NCBI GenBank assembly: GCA_964417925.1
Contig: CAYQJV010000005.1
Span: 176-64,175, forward strand
Length of the DNA stretch: 64,000 nt
Reading direction: 5' to 3'
Source: an uncultured bacterium
GTDB taxonomy: Bacteria > Hydrothermota > Tepidihabitantia > B3-TA06 > CAYQJV01
This document shows, piece by piece, positions 10,901-18,410 of the stretch. The position numbers and the translations under genes are program-made. Numbering within the stretch: the stretch's first letter is position 1; each line of letters begins with the position of its first letter. The notes under the pieces were generated by a model, which had not been told where the DNA came from, searched no databases, and saw nothing but the letters and a program-made list of their open reading frames with translations.

Positions 10901-11138
10901 GTGTGTTAGAAACAAGCCATCCCTTTAGATTTCCAACTCCAGTCCATGCAATCATCCACCAATCTGCAGGCTTATCAGTAATCTCTGACATCAAGGATTT
11001 ATCGATCCTTTTTTTATGATGTTTCAGAGGATAGTTCCAATCAAGATTTTTAAAAACTGGAGGACGAGCAAACAGTGGAATTATTATACTTGTTGAAAAG
11101 ATAAGCGCCATTATCATCATAATCTTATTTTTTCTCAT
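7974..11138 (-). CDS. 1054-aa secreted T9SS-cargo protein of unknown family (module-1 cargo A)
   Basis: Signal peptide; Asp-rich DxDxGDxxDDMIG motif; PPPPPN linker; FN3-like segment; C-terminal T9SS CTD (RIFDPSGLLIKTI...GLYIYQIVTEDGKSKLGKFAIIK). Confidence 0.8.
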   Translation of the reverse strand: MRKNKIMMIMALIFSTSIIIPLFARPPVFKNLDWNYPLKHHKKRIDKSLMSEITDKPADWWMIAWTGVGNLKGWLVSNTLQGGVFRQPPSWEYYDGTFPFDALRGEYIYKSVGEYPAGSGQYYSWANGIWVGALYPKVKGNDTTWVPNVSKAAFYSDLGAMSVPELENAGGMGDISGLGLYFSTQRIPEGYGYEGEGDFLFAQHGTPEDYQTIWPFTDTTLNKRRPAGMELKIGDIVSMEDTYACGGDWIPEDDATVIWIRDTGPYDTWGLGIRIEQRTYSWNYNYNDNIIFINYKIKNMNPFPLKNVYVGYFMDNDVGDADDDMIGFDEELNLGYTYDSDGYEEGWSTPPGYIGCVLLQTPADKGLTGFATWLNGDPPDYPGIFGDSAKYEMLKSTEYMTWEEPKDVRQLSASGPYEILYPGEEIEFTVAVIVSLTLEGLKESAKIADTLFKMGYVGFSPPPPPNLTVIPGDNKVYLVWDNSPENFVDPMSGHKTFEGYRVYKSLTGIAGSWTLLADYDVANSYTIDTAMVSYKTKTSMAYIEFKGFEPQTKDELFKEATYAINFTDSTDFIVYNLTEQQVYEYNPDAIKDKKGFFVKDPIGDTIYSEHPGYVPGAYIYFDGIYVAIYNGVFDPERPEADLTPNKGDVFIVNTYKSSSVGAQTGLKYYYIDTDVKNGMTYYYSVTSYSRPQPEYGIPSLESGLTGKKYFAIPSRFAADQFNVDSAYVEHVEGEGKGFVKVTVVNPLELTGDEYELGFYSENYKVKGWYLKNKRTGEIVLDSVKYIKGEDLYPPADGLMITVDTPDSLMIDQETKYDTAQTGWVAGSKCNYMHSIQAWKLYPTDYIIVIAEEGSSTDINGKPANFIIKDVKTGEDVPFKYYLDSSPTGILSLGDNVQILDKETHEKLLRVEFYIDTAVVKDTVDPVIGDTFYIKTLKPFIDDKFVISTHSLEERKEDYTLDGVRVVPNPYYVRAPWDKSKYERGVYFQGLPYKCTIRIFDPSGLLIKTIEHEGGGSEFWNLRTEQNLDIYSGLYIYQIVTEDGKSKLGKFAIIK

Positions 11139-11159
11139 TTCTCTCCTCCTTTTATAATT

Positions 11160-14100
11160 TTAAAAGTTAATTTCAAATCCCAGTTTTATTGTCCTGGGAT
11201 CACTGAAGTTTGCGGGATTATTATAATATTCTTCCCAGTCCTTTAGATCCGCAAGATAAGCATCCCATGCGGTAGGAAATCTATCTGGGTACATCTCTGC
11301 ATATCTTTCGTACCTTGAAGGCTCCCATTCTGGCCTGTTTCCTGGATCATCTGGCAATCCTGTTCTTGAGTACACATTCCTCACATTCCTTATGTTAAGC
11401 ACATTTCTTACATCCAGGTAAAATCTTAAATGCATCTTTTTACCCAGGAGAAAACCTTTTGTAATTTTCATATCAAGGTTATAAGAAGGAGGCATTCTCC
11501 TTGAATTGGGTTCAAGTAAGTTACCTTTTTCGTCTGTAGGGGTATAAGGAGCACCAGAGTGGAAAACAAATTGGAAATTGAGATTCAGGTCAGAAAGTAG
11601 TGTTCCTAAGAAGGTACCTGACATGTAATTCATAGGGAAGTAATAGTTTATATTTGCCTTCACACTGTGGGTAATATCAAACTCAAGGGGATATACGGTT
11701 TTAGGTGGAGGTATATTGGTTCTTAAGTATCTGTAGTAAAACTCTCTTCCAGAGGATCCTGTTCCTTTTGCATTTAAATATGAATACACAAACGTTCCAG
11801 AAAGATACTCATTTGCTCTCTTTGTAATTCCTATATCTATTCCTTTTACAGTGGCAAAATCTTCCAAAGTATATATTGTATAGCTTGCTAATTTCTTTTT
11901 ATAGATCGTATTTATTCTACGGCTGGCAAGAAGATTCTGAACATCTTTGTAATAAGCAGTTATCTCTGCTGCAAGGTTGGGAGTAAATGCATATCTGTAT
12001 CCAACTTCATAGGCAATTGTTTTTTCTGGAGGAAGATTTGGATTACCTATCAGAGGTACCCCCACTGTAATGTCTGCTTCAAGATTTTGATAGAGATCTC
12101 TTAAAGGTACTGGCTGGAAGAAATGACCATAGGATGCATAAAGCACAGACTTCTCTGAAACTGAAAATGAAATTCCAACCCTCGGTGACAACTGCCACTT
12201 AGGAGATGCCTTTGCCTTTCCTGCATCCAGGTTCTCAAGATCAACATAAAATTCTGAATTTGGATCAAAATAGTCAAATCTTAATCCAAGGTTTAATGTC
12301 AAATCTTGATATTCAAACTTATCCTGTATGAATGCTGCAGCAGACACAGGCTCTTTGTGATAATGGTCATTATAAGGATGCTCATTCACAAACTGCACAT
12401 CTGTAAGGTCAAGGAAATACTTAATGTATTCCACTCCTGTTTTTACTTCATGGAACTTGTTCGCCTGCCAAGTAACTTTAAAATTGGCAGTATAGTGTCT
12501 TGTGTTTCTATCATGCCACCAAGGCCAGAAGTAGTATGCCCATCTTCCCCATATAGGGTCGTTTTCATACCTGATAAGATACATATTACCACTGGGTTCT
12601 ATAGAATCATCTGGAATTGAATCCATCTGCCACAGTTTAATATCTCTCTGATACTTTTCAAGGTCAAATGTGTCATAAACAACTTTATAATAATAATCTA
12701 TAGTTGTATCTATCCTTACTATAGTACTCTCCTTCCATGTGGTATCATACTTAAAACCTAAAATGGAATCTGTTCTAAAGTATCTCCAAGTATTTACTTC
12801 ATAGCAAAATTCGTTTCGCGCCTCAACTTCTCTTTTGGCTCTTTCTTCTGAAAGTTCTCCACTCCATATCCATTGTTTGCTTTCTGGGTCATACTTTCCA
12901 TACTTTTCTACATTCTCATAGTACCAGTACCACAAAGCTGTTGCTGTATCTGTTTCACTAACAAGTCCTTTATATCTTTCAAATATTTCTTTCATTGTAT
13001 CCTCTGGCACTGTAAAACGCATGTTTTGAGGATCATACCATCCTTTGCTGTACGCATATCCCACCCATTTCAACCTTCTACCAAAAGCCTTCCACTCAGT
13101 GTAATGCTTTCCATCTTGGGCACTTAAATGATAGTGTGTATTAAAAGTCCCTATGTTGAGTGTATAGAATAAATTGTCTTTTACGCTGTGTATTATCTTA
13201 AGATTCAACTGATAGTTATCTCGCATGTATCTTGGTGTAAAATCAAGCCATATGCCCTTTGATCTTGAATGACTATAAGAATGATACCATTGGGTTGAAT
13301 AATTACCACTCAGAATTGCCTTAAAACCTGTAAAGGGTTTCCATGTAATCTTAGCAGTTCCACTCTTTCTATGTCTGTCATTATGAGGAAGTCTATCCTC
13401 ATGTTCTAACAAATTACCAGAGACAAAAAATGTAAGTCTCGGAATGACTGGAAATGGACCACCAAAGTTTAGACTTATATTGTCATGTCCAAAACCATAC
13501 TTAGTATCACCTATTTCAAACATAAACGGCCTGTCTGTTTCGTAGGTAATAGAACCTTCGTAATTCTTTCCTCCTTCTTTGGTCACAATATTTACAATAC
13601 CCGACATTGCCTTTCCATATTCTGCACTGAATCCTCCTGTAATCACCAGCATCTCTGCAATCGCATTTTTATCTACAAAAACTCCACTTAAGCCAGTAGC
13701 AGGGTCATTTGCATTAATTCCATCCACCACATACACCACTTCACCACCTCTTCCTCCTCGTATATGTAATCCTCCAGAGAGCCCATGACTTGTCTCCACT
13801 GCTCCTGCTTGCAAAGCAACCACATCCTCATAATCTGAAATAGGTGTCTCTCTTAACGTTCTTGCTTCTATGCGCTTCATAGAACTTGTGACATCCTTTT
13901 GGATTATAGGTCTCTCTGCCTTTACCACCACTTCTTTCATCTTTATTGTGGTTGGCTCCAGCTTGAAGTCTATGTAGGTCGTCATATCTGCAGATACCTT
14001 CACGTTTTCTACTCGCATCGGGTTGTACCCTATCATTGATGCTTCTACAGTGTATGTTCCTACAGGTACATTAATGATAAAATAGGATCCGTCAATATCA

Positions 14101-14264
14101 GTAGAAGCTCCCAGTTGTGTCCCAAGAATTATTACGGACGCTCCAACAAGAGGTTCTCCTGTGGACTTATCTATTACCCTTCCGGCAATTTTACCGGTTA
14201 TCCCTGCATATAAAGAACCACTGATTAAGAGGAATAGACACAAAAGAGTAAGGTTTTTTCTCAT
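11160..14264 (-). CDS. TonB-dependent receptor with N-terminal CarboxypepD_reg domain (SusC/RagA-like architecture, module 1)
   Basis: Signal peptide, carboxypeptidase-regulatory-like domain, plug motifs (IRGGRGGEVVYVVDGINANDP, VITGGFSAEYG), 22-strand-sized barrel, terminal Phe. Confidence 0.85.
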   Translation of the reverse strand: MRKNLTLLCLFLLISGSLYAGITGKIAGRVIDKSTGEPLVGASVIILGTQLGASTDIDGSYFIINVPVGTYTVEASMIGYNPMRVENVKVSADMTTYIDFKLEPTTIKMKEVVVKAERPIIQKDVTSSMKRIEARTLRETPISDYEDVVALQAGAVETSHGLSGGLHIRGGRGGEVVYVVDGINANDPATGLSGVFVDKNAIAEMLVITGGFSAEYGKAMSGIVNIVTKEGGKNYEGSITYETDRPFMFEIGDTKYGFGHDNISLNFGGPFPVIPRLTFFVSGNLLEHEDRLPHNDRHRKSGTAKITWKPFTGFKAILSGNYSTQWYHSYSHSRSKGIWLDFTPRYMRDNYQLNLKIIHSVKDNLFYTLNIGTFNTHYHLSAQDGKHYTEWKAFGRRLKWVGYAYSKGWYDPQNMRFTVPEDTMKEIFERYKGLVSETDTATALWYWYYENVEKYGKYDPESKQWIWSGELSEERAKREVEARNEFCYEVNTWRYFRTDSILGFKYDTTWKESTIVRIDTTIDYYYKVVYDTFDLEKYQRDIKLWQMDSIPDDSIEPSGNMYLIRYENDPIWGRWAYYFWPWWHDRNTRHYTANFKVTWQANKFHEVKTGVEYIKYFLDLTDVQFVNEHPYNDHYHKEPVSAAAFIQDKFEYQDLTLNLGLRFDYFDPNSEFYVDLENLDAGKAKASPKWQLSPRVGISFSVSEKSVLYASYGHFFQPVPLRDLYQNLEADITVGVPLIGNPNLPPEKTIAYEVGYRYAFTPNLAAEITAYYKDVQNLLASRRINTIYKKKLASYTIYTLEDFATVKGIDIGITKRANEYLSGTFVYSYLNAKGTGSSGREFYYRYLRTNIPPPKTVYPLEFDITHSVKANINYYFPMNYMSGTFLGTLLSDLNLNFQFVFHSGAPYTPTDEKGNLLEPNSRRMPPSYNLDMKITKGFLLGKKMHLRFYLDVRNVLNIRNVRNVYSRTGLPDDPGNRPEWEPSRYERYAEMYPDRFPTAWDAYLADLKDWEEYYNNPANFSDPRTIKLGFEINF

Positions 14265-14294
14265 GTGTCCTCCTTGTTTTTGTTTATTATTAAA

Positions 14295-14321
14295 CAGAGG
14301 GGAGAGAGGCTCTCCCCTCTG
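14295..14321 (-). promoter_or_regulatory. intercistronic GC-rich stem-loop (CAGAGGGGAGAG-AGG-CTCTCCCCTCTG) between porV-like-2 and TBDR-1
   Basis: Perfect 12-bp inverted repeat immediately 5' of the AAGGAGGA RBS of the downstream cistron. Confidence 0.5.
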
Positions 14322-14345
14322 TAATCTATTGGTTTTTTTATTTTT

Positions 14346-15380
14346 TTAAAGCTCAAGGGTAAATATAATTCTGTGAGAGCCTCCAAGAAATTCAAGATGA
14401 CGATAGGCATAATCTATCCTTAATCTACTACCTGTAACTGGCCTAACTACTATACCCATTCCAGCAGATAGTCCTGTCTTCCATCCTAACTCTTTAGCAT
14501 ACTCTATATCAGTGTTAAAAATATATCCACTTCTTAAATAGAAGAAATTGTTAGTATTGTACTCAAATCCCATATTAATGGTTTCGTTTATGTCAGAGTA
14601 ATGAACAAGGTCCGCAACTAAGGTAAATTTATTTACCTGCGTAGATATCACATCGTATGCTATTCCAAACCTAAATGTAGTGGGTAAAGGATTAGGAGTT
14701 GTTCTATACTCTGCAGGTATTGGCATATCAGGTCTTACACTGTCATAAACATTGATCTGTAATTGTCTCCCATGGAAACTCATTTCTGGGCCAAAATTGG
14801 ACACAGCTACTCCAAGTCTTAAATTATGGGCTCCTCCTGCATCATAAAACAATCCAACATCAAATGCAGGACCATCAGCAGACACATCCCATATCCCTTG
14901 ATGGATAAGTTTAAAGGTAGCCCCAAAAGAAAGCTTCTCAGTGATCATCCTGCCAACCGATATACCAAGGGCTAAAAATGCAGCACTAAAATACACACCT
15001 CTTCCCAGATCCTCTCTCACTGGAGTCGTGATATCATCCAGTTTTGTCTCTTCAAACTTACCAGCAGAAAGTACAGTGGCGCTTATTCCCAGCGTGCCCA
15101 GTCCCTTAACAGGAGTAACAAAGGATATGTATTCGTGGGTCATATCAGAGATCCAGTCAATATGATTGGCAAGTATCTCTATTTTGGAAAGCCTTGCAAG
15201 TCCTGCAGGATTCCAGTAGGTAGCAGAGGCATCATCAGCAACTGCTACGAACGCATCTCCCATACCAGTGGATCTTCCCACACCTATCTTCAAAAACTGA
15301 GCAGTCACTGTGGCAACCTTAGAAAAAGCACCAAATGTAAAGGTAGAAATAATCAAAATGCCCGTCAATATTTTTTTCAT
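14346..15380 (-). CDS. PorV/PorQ-like outer-membrane beta-barrel (module 2)
   Basis: FLKIGVGRSTGMGDAFVAVADDASATYWNPAGLA signature; start moved to second ATG (MKKIL) which has an AGGAGG RBS; ORF track starts 15 nt earlier. Confidence 0.55.
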   Translation of the reverse strand: MKKILTGILIISTFTFGAFSKVATVTAQFLKIGVGRSTGMGDAFVAVADDASATYWNPAGLARLSKIEILANHIDWISDMTHEYISFVTPVKGLGTLGISATVLSAGKFEETKLDDITTPVREDLGRGVYFSAAFLALGISVGRMITEKLSFGATFKLIHQGIWDVSADGPAFDVGLFYDAGGAHNLRLGVAVSNFGPEMSFHGRQLQINVYDSVRPDMPIPAEYRTTPNPLPTTFRFGIAYDVISTQVNKFTLVADLVHYSDINETINMGFEYNTNNFFYLRSGYIFNTDIEYAKELGWKTGLSAGMGIVVRPVTGSRLRIDYAYRHLEFLGGSHRIIFTLEL

Positions 15381-15400
15381 CTCTCCTCCTATCATGAATA

Positions 15401-18397
15401 TTAATGCAAAATTACAAATTTACCAACCTGATTTCCAACCTTGGACTCCACATGGAATATATAAACTCCGGAAGCAACAATCTGGTTATGCATGTTAAGG
15501 AGATCCCAAAATTCCATTCCACCTTTATCGCTTTCCTCATCCGTGGCTCTGTGTTCTATTACCTTTACCAGATCTCCTGCAAGAGTGTATATTCTGATGG
15601 TACATTCTGAAGGAAGATTTATAAATGCAATTTTCCTTGCCTCTCTCTTTATTTCCCATCTATTGTACATTATATAAGGATTTGGAACGACCTTAACATT
15701 CAAGGTATAGGTAGTATCTCTTTTTAAGTAATCAGGGATCACCGTTATAGTGTATTTATTATAAGCTGGTGCAGTGCCAATGCTTTTGTTACCTTTTATT
15801 ATCCATACATCACCGTCATTGATGTATTCTGCTAAGTTACCCAACGGTTGAGTAGCTTTCTTTCTCAATTGAATATAACCACCACACAAATAAATTGCAG
15901 ATATTTCATCTTCATAAGGATCAAGGTATTGCTTAGCTTCTTCCCTTCCAAACTGGAATGCCCATCCATTACCATTTCTTATTCCCTCCTCAGAAACATT
16001 ATTATATTTTGTGAATGGAACAGTAGTTTGATGGTCTAAATCTGTAACCTCTAAGGTAAGTAATCCTCCACTCTTATGCCATACCAGTTTGAAATCACTC
16101 CCTCTATAAGCCCACTTACCTTTTGCTGAAGCGAACTTAATAGAATCCCTCGGGAAGTTTCCTTTTTCTATTACAACATCTTCAAAGATGGAAGATTTAA
16201 TGGTATCTATGTAAAGAGAAAATTCTAATACCACATCTTCCAACGGAGGAAGAGATTTAAATAATTGAGTACCAAAGTTGTAAGAAATGGTATCTTTATA
16301 CTCTCCGCTTCCATAGCGTACAACAAAAGGATACTGGATTGCATTACCTGCATAAAGAGGAGCATCAAATTCTATTTCATATTTCTTTTCGGTCTTTTCT
16401 GCAGAATACATCAATGAAGTAGCAGAAATATCTAATCCTGGATTTACAGTATCTCCTGATTCTACTGCCATAGAAACACTTCCTTCATGGTACTCTACAG
16501 GTTCTGTTCTTGGAATTGCACTCACTGCCTTCTTACCTCCTTCAAGCCAGAAAGGAGTGGGTATGGAATCCCATCCTGTGGTGTCTGTCCATACTACTAT
16601 CTGCTTACCCCTTACAGTATCTCCATCCGGTAGTACAGTATCTATTTCCACGGTATCTATTCTAATAGTATCTATATGGGGAGCAAGAACCGTATAGTAG
16701 TTATAATCAAAAGCAGTTACTGCATAATAATAAGGGAATCCATTCACAACATCATCATCTATGTAATAATAGCGAATACCCTTGTCATCTGCTATGATCC
16801 ATTTAACCGAATCGGCCTCACTGGTATCTGTAAACACAATTCCATCTTTCAAATCGTATGTAGCCAAAAGCTCCCAAGTAATTCCGTCTGTACTTTTGTA
16901 TATTTTATATCCTTCAAAATCATATTGCCTATAATTTGGATCATAGGCTGCACTTCCTGGAACCGAAGCAATGGCATAATAGGGGTCAGGAGTTACCTCT
17001 GAATAGTTATCCCATGTGATTATTATCTCTTTATCCTTTGGAATCAACTTCACATTTGGAGAAGGAGGAGGAGAAGGTAACAACCAATTCATATCGTATA
17101 TAAATTGTGCAGTAGAAGAGACTTTTGCAAGAGGCAGTGTATCCTGCTTTCCATTTATCCAATATTCTGCTGCAATAACTGCAACAACAATTACGGTAGA
17201 ATCCCCAGGTTCAAGACTAAAAGGTCCTGTAGCCTGTAAAAATCTCTTATCTGCAGGTCCAGGATCAAGACTATCATAGGGTTCGTATTCTTCCGTCTTA
17301 TAATTGTATCCTGCCATCATCATGTATCTATCCTTATCTGTTGGTGGATCTATGTCTATTGTAAATCTCTTGAATGCAGTTAAACCAAGTTGTTCTATCT
17401 CACTTGGATCTTCCCAATCAGGGATTCCATCTCCATCACCATCCCCATAAGGTGGATAAAGGGAAATAAGCAAAGTACTGTCAAGCTCTTCTTCATCCAC
17501 CAGTCCATCTCCATCGTTGTCTATACCATCATGCAATGCATAGGGACTTTGTAGATAATCATACGCCATTACTCCAGGAACTCCTGATTCCCATGTTTTA
17601 CCAGGATTCTCATTCCCATCATAGTCCCAGCAGAATCCAACATTATCTACAACAATGCTGTCCTGGGTTTCTGGATCGTAGAAAGTCTTATTAAGAATTA
17701 AACCAATCATATCATCTTTATAATCACCTATATCTGGATCAACCACTGCTGCAACATACATGCTATCCAAGGTATGATCTGTGACATTCTTTATTACATA
17801 CTTAAGAAATACAATGTCTTTATTGGAGGGGTAATTCCAAGCATACACCCATAGATAGATATCTACTCCTATAGGTCTGGTATCTCCTGGATCATGTCTT
17901 GAAGGATCAAGGTCACAGAATGCACAGAACATATCTTGTAAGGAGAAAACTTTTGGCCCTTCAGGACCCCACTCTATATGAAATCTATCCCATGGAACCG
18001 TTGTCCAATCATCTTCTGTAGACTTATACACTTTGTCCTCAGGACTTCCATAACCTTGCTCCCAATAATCATGTATCGTAGGTACCATTTCAGAAGCTCC
18101 TGAATTTGGGTTATAACCATAACTTACAAGGGCTTGACCTGCCTCCTTATCATATGCTCCAACCCATATTCCTGCACCAAATAGGTAATAGTTCCTCAAA
18201 GGCTGTGGCCAGTATCCTCCTGGATCTCCAACTTCAGCATCATGCCCAAATCTACCATCATTGAGTACCTTTAAATTCCAGGCATTTATATCAGACTCCT
18301 TAACATCAAAGATTTTACTTCCTGGACGATATGTTGCAGTTCTTGCTAAAACTACAGAAATGATTAATATACTCATCAACAATATTTTTCTTTTCAT
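15401..18397 (-). CDS. 998-aa secreted T9SS-cargo protein, paralog of cargo A (module-2 cargo B)
   Basis: Signal peptide; shared blocks with cargo A (GIWVGA..., DPDIGDYKDDMIG); IDNDGDGLVDEE Ca-binding-like repeat; C-terminal T9SS CTD. Confidence 0.8.
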   Translation of the reverse strand: MKRKILLMSILIISVVLARTATYRPGSKIFDVKESDINAWNLKVLNDGRFGHDAEVGDPGGYWPQPLRNYYLFGAGIWVGAYDKEAGQALVSYGYNPNSGASEMVPTIHDYWEQGYGSPEDKVYKSTEDDWTTVPWDRFHIEWGPEGPKVFSLQDMFCAFCDLDPSRHDPGDTRPIGVDIYLWVYAWNYPSNKDIVFLKYVIKNVTDHTLDSMYVAAVVDPDIGDYKDDMIGLILNKTFYDPETQDSIVVDNVGFCWDYDGNENPGKTWESGVPGVMAYDYLQSPYALHDGIDNDGDGLVDEEELDSTLLISLYPPYGDGDGDGIPDWEDPSEIEQLGLTAFKRFTIDIDPPTDKDRYMMMAGYNYKTEEYEPYDSLDPGPADKRFLQATGPFSLEPGDSTVIVVAVIAAEYWINGKQDTLPLAKVSSTAQFIYDMNWLLPSPPPSPNVKLIPKDKEIIITWDNYSEVTPDPYYAIASVPGSAAYDPNYRQYDFEGYKIYKSTDGITWELLATYDLKDGIVFTDTSEADSVKWIIADDKGIRYYYIDDDVVNGFPYYYAVTAFDYNYYTVLAPHIDTIRIDTVEIDTVLPDGDTVRGKQIVVWTDTTGWDSIPTPFWLEGGKKAVSAIPRTEPVEYHEGSVSMAVESGDTVNPGLDISATSLMYSAEKTEKKYEIEFDAPLYAGNAIQYPFVVRYGSGEYKDTISYNFGTQLFKSLPPLEDVVLEFSLYIDTIKSSIFEDVVIEKGNFPRDSIKFASAKGKWAYRGSDFKLVWHKSGGLLTLEVTDLDHQTTVPFTKYNNVSEEGIRNGNGWAFQFGREEAKQYLDPYEDEISAIYLCGGYIQLRKKATQPLGNLAEYINDGDVWIIKGNKSIGTAPAYNKYTITVIPDYLKRDTTYTLNVKVVPNPYIMYNRWEIKREARKIAFINLPSECTIRIYTLAGDLVKVIEHRATDEESDKGGMEFWDLLNMHNQIVASGVYIFHVESKVGNQVGKFVILH

Positions 18398-18410
18398 TTC
18401 TCCTCCTTAA

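Noticed and set aside
7974-11138. Protease assignment for cargo A/B (HGT in FAQHGTPEDY as subtilase His motif; search for HExxH)
   Set aside because: No accompanying DTG/GTSMA subtilase motifs and no HExxH in either paralog; left as unknown family.
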